Shown here: one piece after another, positions 36,400-48,400 of the stretch
Position numbering within the stretch: the first letter of the stretch is position 1
Layout: every line of letters begins with the position of its first letter
Assembly: GCA_964276515.1 (NCBI GenBank)
Contig: OZ193909.1
Location: 12,152,001-12,216,000 of the forward strand
Source of the DNA: Gordius albopunctatus
Lineage: Eukaryota
Direction: 5' to 3'
Length of the DNA: 64,000 bases
Notes under the pieces: generated by a model
Database searches by the model: none
What the model saw: the letters and a program-made list of their open reading frames with translations, nothing else
Told to the model about the DNA's origin: nothing
Translations under genes and position numbers: made by a program

Positions 36400-36900
36400 T
36401 CTTGAACCTTATGAATCTATATCAGATAAAGCTATTATATACGCATCAACTTTATCTCATACTCATACCGAAAATACTGACAAGCTTAAAATAAAGAATG
36501 AAATTAAAGATGAGATAAAAAAAACTGTTTGATTTAGGCCTCAAGCCTAAATCTATTATGCATAATCTCAACAAAATGAATTATAACATATCATTGGCTC
36601 AACTCAGAAATACATTAACTGCATTGAGAAGAAAAAAATATGGTGTATCAACAATCAGTTTAGGAGTTGGAGCTGTGGCTAATTGATCATTCTCAAATAC
36701 CCTCTGATGATGATGAATTCTATATTGTATCTTACATGGTGTCATATGAAGAATCCAATTTCAAATTTTTTATGCCAACAAAATGGGTTTGGCAATTAAA
36801 TAAAAACTTTGCATACCACCTAAAGAAGCTAAGTGTATGCCTTAGGGCAAAAAAGAAAAAGGGGCAGACCATCAAAAGCCAAATCAGCATTCATTGTTGA
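36400..36900 (+). mobile_element. Internally deleted MULE-type transposase remnant
   Basis: LGELELWLIDHSQIPSDDDEFYIV...FKFFMPTK is joined directly to a C-terminal LGQKRKRGRPSKAK AT-hook-like motif typical of invertebrate MULEs. Confidence 0.5.
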
Positions 36901-37374
36901 ATAATGGTAATTTTAAATTATGTGCCTCGACTATAATAAATTTTAGGCTTGAATTAAAGGTTACTCCAGCAAAATATGTTCACTATGTATTTCTATTTAA
37001 AATTATTGTTGTTTATATTGTCAGCAAAAAATGTTCATTATGTATTTGTATTTGAAATCATTTATGTTTATATTCTAATAAAAATTTCCAAAATTCATTA
37101 GATTTTAATTTATGACATATGCATAGTAACATTAAGAGGAAGGGTATTGTATATTATCAAGCTTCCAATCGATTTATTTTGGCTAAAATAAATAAGTCAT
37201 CTCACAAACTCAATTTTTTATGAAAATGTTATAAAAAATATAAAATCAATGACAATCTTATTATTTTTTTTTAAATTTAGCATCTTAATATTGAACAATT
37301 TGTAAAGATTATTAAGCATTTTTTAGATCATATATAATTTCAACCAATCACTTATATTGAATATTAAACTGTGT

Positions 37375-37730
37375 CTTGATTACTGAGCAATGCTCAAAAA
37401 TTACTTATCAATTCAAATTATTATTAAGCAAATTTATTAAATTATTGAGGTACTGAGCAATTTTATTAAATTACTGAGCAATGCTCATTGCTATAAAATT
37501 ACTGAGGAATATTATAGAATTACTAGACAATGCTATATAAATACTGAGAGATTTTACTAAATTACTGAGAAATTTTATTAATTACTGAACAATTTTATTA
37601 ACCTATGAGCAATTTATTATTAATTAACTGTGCAATTTTATTTAATCACTTAGCATTTTGTTATTAACTGTGCAATTTTTAATAATTTACTGCGCACCAA
37701 ATATATTACTGAGCATATTTTACTGTGCAC
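37375..37730. repeat. Degenerate ~20-bp minisatellite (attactgagcaattttatta), probably transposon subterminal repeats
   Basis: More than ten recurrences of tactgag/tactgtgca, ending tttactgtgcac. Confidence 0.75.
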
Positions 37731-38449
37731 TTAAATAACATCCTTTCAAAAACAATAATTACGTAGTTTTTTTGTTATATAACTATATGCATTTTTCATT
37801 ATATAAATAAAATATATTGCAAGCTTTTGCTTTAAAGGAAACAACGGGGCCGGGACGGGCCTTTATATAACCTAGCGGGCTCGGGTCGTGTTTAGATATA
37901 GGTAAGGCCCGATGAGACCGTTAAAAAATCATATATATTTTTTAGATTTTTTTATTAAAAAGTAAGCAAAGGTATGTCTTTATTATGTTTTATGCTGATT
38001 TACAATTATTTAATGTTTATTAAATTAACAATGAAATTATATTTTTCTAGTAATTCATCATCCATCAATATCTTAACGCGCATTTCAAATTGATAAGCGT
38101 TAATTAGAGACTATATATAGACCTGGTTTACTTCAATCATACCCTTTAGAAAACTCTAAACTTTAGAGTAGGTTACTTTAATATTTAGATTAGTATAATT
38201 TTTTATATATTGGTCATTTAATACAAAAATTACGGCCGGGTTTATCATTATTTGATGGGCTTGGCCCAGGGTTTATATATTTGTAACAGGGGGGGGCTGA
38301 TTGACCAAAAGTGGCTCATGCAGGTCTCTAATTTCGCATGCTCGTATGTAAGTCGAAGTTGAAGGAAAGAGGGAAGATCTAAGATTTGGGAATAAAATAT
38401 TGATATGGACTAAAAAGGCCTTAGCTAAACATTCTCCATTCCTGGTGAC

Positions 38450-39213
38450 ATATTCTAAACCTATTTCCACCCTCGCACTTTATCAATCCCAGATTACCAC
38501 TGTTTCAAATAAATTCGATAAAAATCATATTTAATGAACAGATATACCACAATCATACGCTCAAAAAGATTTGGATGCCTTCACTCGACATGCGACGCCA
38601 AACAGCATTGCAATCTTAGGTCATTGGCTTTCGACCAATCCGGTCATGAATTGCTTGAAGCTTACCCTAGTAAGTTTTCGGGTATGTTTTTGGAGAATCC
38701 TACCCTGTCCTACAATATAGCCCTCCGCTTGGGTTGTAAATACACGTCCCCATACCCCTGCCGGTTTTGTAATTCACTTGTAGATGAGGAAGCACGTCAC
38801 CCTCTGCATTGTAAATTTAACAAAAGCCGGTATGGTAGGCACCAAAAAATAAATACACAGCTTCAAGCTGCCCTCAAACGGGCAAAAGTTCCTTCGATCC
38901 TTCAACATTCAGATCCCTCTCTCGAAGGGCGGATGCGTCCGGACGGTTCGTCACTTATCCCATGGTACAAAGGCCTTTTCCTAAAATGGGACTACACCTG
39001 CTAGGCTTCGGGGTCAAAGGAGGGTGCGAGATAGCTGCCCACGCCGCACGCTTAGCCCTGGAACACCTCCCTCTGGGTGACTCATTTATAAAACTGGATT
39101 TTAAAAATGCTTTCAATAGTATTCGCCGCACTGCCTTCATTAATGGTTTTATCAAGCTATTTCCCCAATACACCAACTACATCCAAAAAAAATTTGTTAC
39201 CTTGGTTAGATAA
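38450..39213 (+). mobile_element. CRE-clade (restriction-like endonuclease) non-LTR retrotransposon fragments
   Basis: IALRLG...CRFC...HPLHC...RHQKIN...RPDG..LIPWYKG..LKWDYTC (CCHC + RLE) and LGFGVKGGCEIAAHA...KLDFKNAFNSIRR (RT). Confidence 0.75.
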
Positions 39214-40225
39214 GTTATTTTGTAAAAGATACTAGACTGTGCGAAAATTTAATTTATTACTGTGCACATTAATTTGTTCTCTTTTTCAAATATTTATAAT
39301 TCTTAACTTCTTTTTATTTATTTATTATATCTTCACAAATTATGTATTTTATAAAAATTATAAATGATTAGATATAATTAAAAATATTATATTAAAGCTC
39401 CATAAAATTATATGGCGTATATTGAGTTAGTACAAATCCATTAAAGCCCTAAATGGAAGAAAAATGTTAATTGTAAAATGATACCATTGGTAAAACTATA
39501 TGGCGACTGTCTTTATACCTGTTTGGTATTGCACCAATCATATGTAATATACGATACGATACATATATAATTTAAGCTGTTGTTTTGAGCTTTTAAAAAT
39601 AAGTTAAGTTTGAATTGCTCCCTTTTTTTCATTGATTGCTAATTAATAACAAATCGGGACTTTAATATAAATAAGTCACTTAACTCAATAAAAAGATTAA
39701 CTTACTTAAAAACTAATATACAAATAATTATTATTAATTAAATTACGATATATTAAATCCTTGGGGGGGGGGGCCAAGAGTTTTCCCTTTTGGGGCCGAA
39801 CGCCCGAGGCGATGAAAGTTCGTTAGCGGGTAAAGTTGCTCCACACTCATTTCGCATAAGAATATTTTAAATGAAAACGCCTTTATTGTAAATAAGATTT
39901 TTGGCATTTTGAGCGATTTCGCAGTTGTCCAGGTCGCATAAGCGGTTTCGACTATATTCATATTATTCAATATTCATTAAATGCTTTTATATGGTTACAA
40001 AATTAAAACTAATTCAAAATAGACTTATTAAAGTAATGAGCATGAAATTAATTTCATAATAATTTAATAAGAACATTCTATACTTTAGATACATTAAAGC
40101 GAAACATAATATAATATAAATTGCATAGCAATTAATAAAAATTTTAAGAATGGTAGGTAAAAGAAAGTAAACAAACTATATCTCTAATACTAACAACATA
40201 TAAATGTGAGATCTTAGAGTTAATT

Positions 40226-42436
40226 TCATAAATCGAGCTGTTCTTTCAGTTTTTCATAATTACGCACGAGAGATTTGAGTGTTATGGTAAATTTTCCCGT
40301 CATACTATCGTCGTGGTGATCTATATCGAGGTTGCCAGAATTAGCTAGCAAGAGGCAGGCGAAGAAAAGTCGGGGAATAAGTTTGGGCAGACCTAGTTGG
40401 CATTCGTTGTTTGAGATAGACGAAGAGGAGGAAGGGTCGCAACGACTTTTTTGCGAGTATTGAACCACTTGGGCAAACGAGATCTCGTTAGCGGCCATAT
40501 AGGTGGTTGTGTTTTCTAAGGCAGCAAAAACGGATTCTTGGTCTGCGATTATATCGTAACGCAGCTTATCGTGGAGCAAGCGTTGACGCTTACGCCCTTT
40601 TTGCGACGCTTGAGACGTTCGAGCGTCGGCAAAAGGTCCCATAAAATCGGCCGGATGTTGAGCTAGGACACGCGTTTTGATGAAAGTTTCCCAAGCGTCG
40701 TATGATGCTGCGCTGCTGCCACCTTCGCCCGCGAGAGCCGACACTCGAGCACGTTCTAAGTAATCTTTACAGCGCGTTCCCATCACTTGACGAGCTCGAA
40801 GCGTCCCGTTGCCGGCTTCAATTTCATTGTCATCGTCCAAAGTAAAAAACGTTAGATTATTATGTTGCACCTCTCGTGGTTCATCAAAAAAATCGCCGAG
40901 GGGCGAGCGAAGCGGGGTGGTGTCAGGTATATCGAGATGATGCCCTGGCGAAGCTGGACTGCCCTCGCGGCTAGATAGCGGCTCTGGATAATGTGCGGGA
41001 CTAGGTATTTGGGCGGTGGCTTGGATAGGAGTTCGAGGGGCCCGTTCCTTTTTAGCAGGGTGCGAAGGGTTGCCTTGGTGATGGGCCGAGGCGCTGGAGA
41101 GGTCGCGATAGAATTGATCGAATTCGGGGAAATTTAAGCAAAGTATGGGGTCTGTGATGGTGTGTTGCTGATGGTGAGATACGAAAGCTAGGAGTTGCTT
41201 GTAGGTATCGTAAGCCGTGTGAGTAGCGTGAAAAGCGGGTGAAGGCAAGGAGTGTTGATATCGAGAACGTAGGTACGTTTCTCGAGCTAAAGCCTTTTTA
41301 GTAACTTTACGGTAATCGAATTGTCCGGTATTTTTATCAAGCGCATTTTCTGTATCCAAGATTTCGTAAGGATCCATGAGATCCCATAGAACGTCGTTCG
41401 AACCTAATTTAGCGTTTGGCGATTTGGCCGCTTTGAGCGCCGCAAATTTACGGGGAGTGATAGATTGGGGCTGAGGTATGGAGGTATCAAAATTTGGCTG
41501 AGTTCGTGTGGTGACATCATGTCCCTCTTTCGCTATAGCATTTACTTCTGAGTCCGCCAGTTCGATGCCTTCATCTTCTGAACAATGGTTTGACCATTCG
41601 GGATTGGCGATAGGAATGGGCATATCTTTGTGACCTTCAGGTTCTAGGGGACTTTCCATAACTTTGGGTGGAGCTACATCTAAAGTCGTATCTGTTTGAT
41701 CAAGTGCTGGTGGTTCATCCAAGCATTGATGAGATACATTGGATTTTTGTGGCGAGTGATTTGGATCTGAAATTGGCGTGGACATCATGATGGGCAAATT
41801 TTTCTCTAACAACAACCATCCCGTATCATTTAGCATCGTACGATTGATGAAGAAATCATATTTTTCTCCTATAATATTATCTGAAGAATCGAAAAGCTTG
41901 GATATGTGGGCAAGAACGTTTTTGAGCAACGTTTTTCTATGTTTATTTTTGTGTTGCGATTTCTTTTTGCCATTTGCATCCTTGTTTTTGTGTTCGTCAT
42001 CTCCATTTTCACCGTCGATATCAGGTATGAGAAAGAGGGGATCCATGGATGGTAGGCCCGCGTCAGGCAACGTGTCATGCAACAAACCTAGTGCTTTATT
42101 CAATGAAATACTAATTCACAATTGTATGTCATAAATCTATATATATAAAGTAAAGTCTATGTATGTGTTTGTGTGTGTATGTATGTATGTATGTATGTAT
42201 GTTAGAGGTGTGCACGGATCAATCCAATCCGACATTCGATCCGTCAAAACTCGGATCGGATTTAGATTTTAAAAAACTCGGATCGGATCGGATGGATATG
42301 AAATTTTTCAAAAACCCCTCGGATCGGATCGGATCAAAAATATTATCCATGCACACCTCTAATGTATGTATGTATGTATGTATGTATGTATGTATGTATG
42401 TATGTATGTATGTATGTATGTATGTATGTATGTATG

Positions 42437-42467
<31 letters not shown>

Positions 42468-45400
42468 GGGCTAAATTCTGAAACTACCGGCCCGATTCGT
42501 GCGAAAATTTAACCGTAGATGCCCAAGGCGGCCAGGGGTAAAATAGCTTTTTTAGAATCCTAAAATTCCTTTTAGTTTTAAAAATATCGGACATTTCGTT
42601 TTAAAAAGGGGCTAAATTATGAAACTACCGGCCCAATTCGCTCGAAACTTTACCCGTAGATGCCCAAGGCGGCCAGGGGTAAAATAGCTTTTTCAGATTC
42701 CTAAAATACCTTTTAGTTTTAAAAATATCGGAAATTTCCCGGCCAGTTTAATATATAGCATCATATACAATAATGACGTCATACATACAAGGCTGAAGTT
42801 TTCTCGAATTAGATATTTTAAAGTATAATAAAAATGTTACAGTCTACGGTCAAAATTATTGGTTTTAATTGCTATGCAATTTATGGGCTCGTTTTTGGTT
42901 GTCCGTCCGTCCGTCCGTCCACCAAGTTATTTACACCAGCTTCCCGACCTGGAGGTTGCGGGTTCGAGACCCGGAGAGGACAAAATTTTTTTTTTTTTTA
43001 ATTAAATTAATATTTTTTTCTTGTTAATACCATTGATAATATGACTTTTTGACCGTCCGCAGGCTACTGACCAATGAAAAAATGACCACTGGCCAGATAA
43101 ATCGAAATTTTTAATTTTTCGTTTTTGAATAGTTTAACATTGATAATTACCCTATGCCCTCCCCTACAAGGGCCTATGGCTCTATTTATATGGTTCCCTG
43201 TTCCCCTCCAAAGGCTTATGCCTCTATTTAATGTGGGTTTGAATCCCGGCGAACGTTCTAAATTGATGGTTCGAGACCCGGAGAGGACAAAAATTTTTTT
43301 TTTTTTAATTAAATTAATATATTGTTCTTGTTAATACCATTGATAATATGAATTTTTGACCGTCCGCAGGCTACTGACCAATGAAAAAATGACCACTTGC
43401 CAGATAAATCGAAATTTTTAATTTTTCGTTTTTGAATAGTTTAACATTGATAATTACCCTATGCCCTCCCCTACAAGGGCCTATGGCTCTATTTCTATGG
43501 TTCCCTGTTCCCCTCCAAAGGCTTATGCCTCTATTTAATGTGGGTTCGAATCCCGGAGAGGGCAAAATTTTTATTTTTTTAATTAATTTAATATTTTGTT
43601 CTTGTTAATACCATTGATAATATGACTTTTTGACCGTCCGCTGGCTACTGACCAATGAAAAAATGAACATTGGCCAAATAAATCCTAATTTTTCGTTTTT
43701 CTTTTTTGAATAAGTTAACATTGATAATTGAAAAAAATTACCATTGGCCAAATAAATCAAAATTTTTTGTTCGTTTTTGAATAGGTTAACATTGATAATT
43801 ACCCTATACTTTTTAATAATTGCTATGCAATTTATCTAGTTTTTGGGTTAGAATCCCGGAGTTTTTTTTGACTCTTATGATTGTTCTTGTTACTATCAAT
43901 GATAATAAGACTTTTTGGCCGTCCGCTGGCTGCTGACCAATGAAAAAAATGACCATTGGCCAAAATGTGTATCCGAGTTTATTTTTTCGTTTTTTTTGAA
44001 TATTATGATTGTTCCTGTTCCTACCATTGCTATTATAACTTTTTGGCCGTCCGCTGGCTGCTGACCAATGGAATAAAATGACCATTGGCCAAAATGTGAT
44101 TCGAAAATTTTTTTTCGTTTTTTTTGACTGTTATGAATTTATATCCACTTTTACCGTGTCCTGGCTGCTGACCAATGGAAAAAAATGACCATTGGCCAAA
44201 ATGTGAATCGAAATTATTTTTTCCGTTTTTTTTGACTATTATGATTGTTCCTGTTCCTACCATTGCTATTATGACTTTTTGGCCGTCCGCTGGCTGCTGA
44301 CCAATGGAATAAAATAACCATTGGCCAAAATGTGATTCGAAAACTTTTTTTTCGTTTTTTTTGACTATTATGAATTTATATCCACTTTTACCGTGTCCTG
44401 GCTGCTGACCAATGGAAAAAAATGACCTTTGGCCAAAATGTGATTCGAAAATTTTTTCGTTTTTTTTTTGACTATTATGATTGTTCCTGTTCCTACCATT
44501 GCTATTATGACTTTTTGGTAATACAACTGTTTCCCGTAGAATTTAACTAACCATAAAGCTTCCCCTTCGCTCCCTCTCTCCCCCTTTATGATATTTGGCA
44601 TATACACTTATTTAGTGCTTCCAACCTTCGTTTTGCAATATTCACGTAAGTATTTCCATAAATTGCATAGCAAATATGATACATTTATACGGAGTGTAGA
44701 TGAGTTCCCCCTTCCTTCCCCTCCTCCCCTTCCCCCTTCCCACGAGGGCCGAAGGCCCGAGTTTTTTAAGTAACTATTTAAATTAAATAAATAATATTTA
44801 AATTATTATCACGTGGTCGATCATAGAAGCATATTTTTAATAATTATCCATCCTTCAATTAATTATTTTATTATATTAAAGAAAACTGTATTTCAAATAA
44901 ATCAGCTAACTAGAAAAATAAAATAATGGTATTATTGTATAATAAGTAACAGCATTAATCAGCAATTTTTTCAAAAACATTTAATTTTAGTCGAATTTGA
45001 TGACTAAAACAGAATTCGCATTTGGTTTGTCTTATTATATATATATTAAAAATAGTGGGTTCATAAAATCATGACGTGATGAAATTCGTGCTCTAAATAA
45101 ATATTATGGATATTTTATTTATTTGAATTATTATTTCATATATGACCCCATTTTAGATAAGTCTTATTAATAGGTTATACTTATTTAACCACTTAAGGAC
45201 TGAGCCAAAGCAACGCTTGGCCGGGCACAGCTAGTATTTAATAAAATAATCAACATTTGCATTATTAAATAGAATGGCACACTAGAGGTCTGCATGGGCC
45301 GGGCCAGCCCGCGGCCCAAACCCCGCCCGCAAGCCACCTAAAATTGAGCAATAAAAAAAGTGCGGGCCGGACTTGGACTTTGAAAAGTGAAAATTTTGAA

Positions 45401-48400
45401 ATTATATATTTTCATACTCTAATTTTAATATAGAAACAAAAAAAATGCACTTATTAGCTTAATGATAATAAAAAAATTTATTTTTCCAAGCAAATCTGGT
45501 GGAACTCAAAAATCATAATGTGAATAAGTTTGAATGAGATGGATGATAAACTAGTCATTTTTAATCAGGCAAAGATTTAATGGGAAAATTTGAAGGTATA
45601 TTACCTTTTGAAAAGGCAAGCATCAAGTTAGAAGCGGATAAGACACCAGCACTCTACACCAGCACTCTATAAAATTTTTGTTTCCTTCAACTACGTGTAG
45701 TGATGATGCTGTTGGCTTAAATATTTATCTACAAATTTAAGTCAAGAGCCCAAACTATGCTAATTTCAAAGTTTCAACCTTTCTTGTTTCTTAGTTTCGC
45801 ACGATGAAAATGCTACGCGAGTATGAAAGAAACTTCTTAAAAACTACGGTAAAAATATTTTAAAGAAATCCATGTAAGAAAATCCTGGGTCTTCCGACAT
45901 AGATCTTCTTGCATAAGTGGTCCAACTATGATTAATCCAGTTCAGGTATGCAACACTAAGCAATTATCTATTTTTTTATTTGGGAAGATAATGAAACGGA
46001 AAAATTGAAGATTTCCACGAAGTTGATACATCTTAAATCAAATCTAAACCTGAGGATGCTCCTCAGCTACGTGTATTTTTATGGTCGAAACACCAACTTA
46101 TGTTAGTTACCAAACTTACCAAAATAAGCTAGTCAGTTTTTGTCAATTCCAATGGCTACGGCTACGAGTAAACTCACATTCAGTAAGGCAAGTCGTCTTA
46201 TATTACAGAGAAGAACGAAATTATTGCCGGATAGAATATATACTCTTTTAGTTTTAAATGACAATATTAAATTGTAATTTTTAATTAGAACCGATTTTAT
46301 ATGCTATATTTAAATTATTTCACGAACAATACAAAAATATTTTTATACAAATAAATAATTTTGAAACAGCGTAGACTTGTTTTTACTCGTGCGGGCCTGA
46401 TGCGGCGCAATTTTTGGGATTTCATTGCGGGCCGGGTGCAGGCCAAAAAATTTATATTTGTGCGGGTATGGGCCGGGCCTTAACCTAAAATTTCGGCCCA
46501 TGCAGACCTCTATGGCACACGCAGCGTTGTATAACTAAATATCGCAAAGTCTCTACTATAAACACCCGAAAATATATATTTTAAATATCAACCCTCACCC
46601 AATGTCAACTGTTTTAACCCCGACTTGATACGACCCTAATTGTCAGCCAAATTTTAAGCCAAGAACATGCCAAGTAAAAAACTGCAAATTTTGATAACGA
46701 TCAAAAACGCAAACCCGACAATAAATAATTTAGTAGATTATTTTAATCAAAATGGAAAGAGGACACTCACCAAAAATCATCCTGATCTGAATGGTCGGTC
46801 GAAAATCGTCTTTTTTTGACGATTCGACATGGAATGCCCCATATGCTACAGATTAAACAACTCAGTGTGCCTGCTCGGGTCTGGAGTTGAACCAAGTTAG
46901 CAATAAACAACTCTAGGAGGGAGTAAAAGATGGAAGAGCGTGATTCATCCCTTTTCTCTCCTACTAGTGTGCGGGAGGGGAGTCAAGATATTCAGTCAAA
47001 ATAAACGCCGTGTTTTTTAAAGTGGCCTGTCACTGAAATTGCTGCTCAAGTAATAAATAATGCCGAATATTCATTAATTTTGTAAGTATCTACTAACCCT
47101 GTTACTACATGACACGTTTTAAAGAGTTGGGGCCCGTCTTAATATACGATTCAACTTAAAGCCTCATATTTTTGTTTGTCTAAATATGCGATTTACATGT
47201 CGTGGAATCAACCATTTTAGTTTAGTTACCATATGATGAATATGCATTAGTAAGCGTAATTAAAGGATAAATATTTGTTTTAAGAGCAAAAACCCAAAAA
47301 TAAACTAAAAATGACGTGACGCTCGTATTGAGACGCGGCTGTGTTTTAACATGCATTCGCTTTTTAAATCTAGATTCAGAATAGCGTATTAAGAGGCTTA
47401 TTATTTAAATGTGAAAAAGAAGGGGAGGCGAAGGGACTAAATCAAATATGGGGAAAAAAATGAGGAAATAAAAGGGATTTCAGGAGACATGGACCTGGAT
47501 CATATCGGCTCAGACCGCTCCCTTTTTTGTTTTATAACGAACAAATCCTGTAAATTTAAGAGACATCTAACAACGACAATTATCAGGAATATGCCAAAAT
47601 CTAAAAAAATTTAGGAAGCCTATTTGGGCGATATGACCAAAATGTTTTAGGTAGGCACAAGTAAAATACCATAACAATCATTTTTTGACAGAAAACTAAG
47701 AGGAGTCCTCAATAAAATCAATCAATATTTTTGTGAAGTAGATTGAAAGCTTTTTATTAAATCTTTAATATCATCATTTCTTTATCCTTTTTTACAAAAA
47801 AGAATCGTTAAAAATGGATGATTTTGCAAGGTCTTACTGTGCTGGCTAACTTTATAATATCAGAAAAGATAATATACTATTAAAATTAATTTTACTGCTA
47901 AACAATTTTAAGACACACAAGTAAAATTACCTAAAAATTGGCGAGTTGACCTATCAATGGCCATCTTATATATAAAAATGAAACTATGTTTGCTGTGTGT
48001 ATATATGACGCCACCAATTTTAGAAAACTACCAGACCGATTTGGCTAAAAATTTCACAGTTTATTCCTGACACTCCGGAGCATGTTTTAAGATTTGTTCA
48101 AGCCAAATCGGTGCAGTAGTTTTCGAGTATTCGTTCGCGTTGCACTGTATACGGAAATAGAACATATAGTAGACATCAAACTTTATTTTTACTTCAAAAC
48201 CCGCTTTATCATCATATATGCCCTAAAATTCCAACATAATTTAATACACCCGGGTAAATGGCAAAACAACGTTTGCCGGGTTCATCTAGTATAAGATAAG
48301 ATAAAGTTATGGTTAAAATATAGACTCGCAAATTGAGCGCAAAGGTTTGAATATTTAAGTACAGAAATTACGAGTTAAAGTTCTCGGTCAAATTGGCCTC

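Larger units (their letters stand above)
42136..45234 (+). mobile_element. Non-autonomous Helitron carrying a (TATG)n microsatellite and nested insertions
   Basis: a|TCtatatatataaag 5' end, 3' hairpin gccaaagcaacgcttggc, and cagCTAG|t terminus at an A/T target. Confidence 0.75.

Noticed and set aside
37375..37730. CRISPR-like repeat array
   Set aside because: Degenerate contiguous minisatellite with no unique spacers, no cas genes, and a eukaryotic context.
42163..42474. ORF with (MYVC)n repeats
   Set aside because: Translation of the (TATG)n microsatellite plus a MITE.
42936..42980. Possible tRNA gene
   Set aside because: Only anticodon-arm and T-arm-like parts are present. There is no acceptor stem or D-arm, and it lies inside a repeated transposon.
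46740..47030. Possible internal NCAPH2 exon (gtgagt donor-like site on minus strand)
   Set aside because: The frames tested contain stops and show no kleisin similarity. It looks more like a transposon end.
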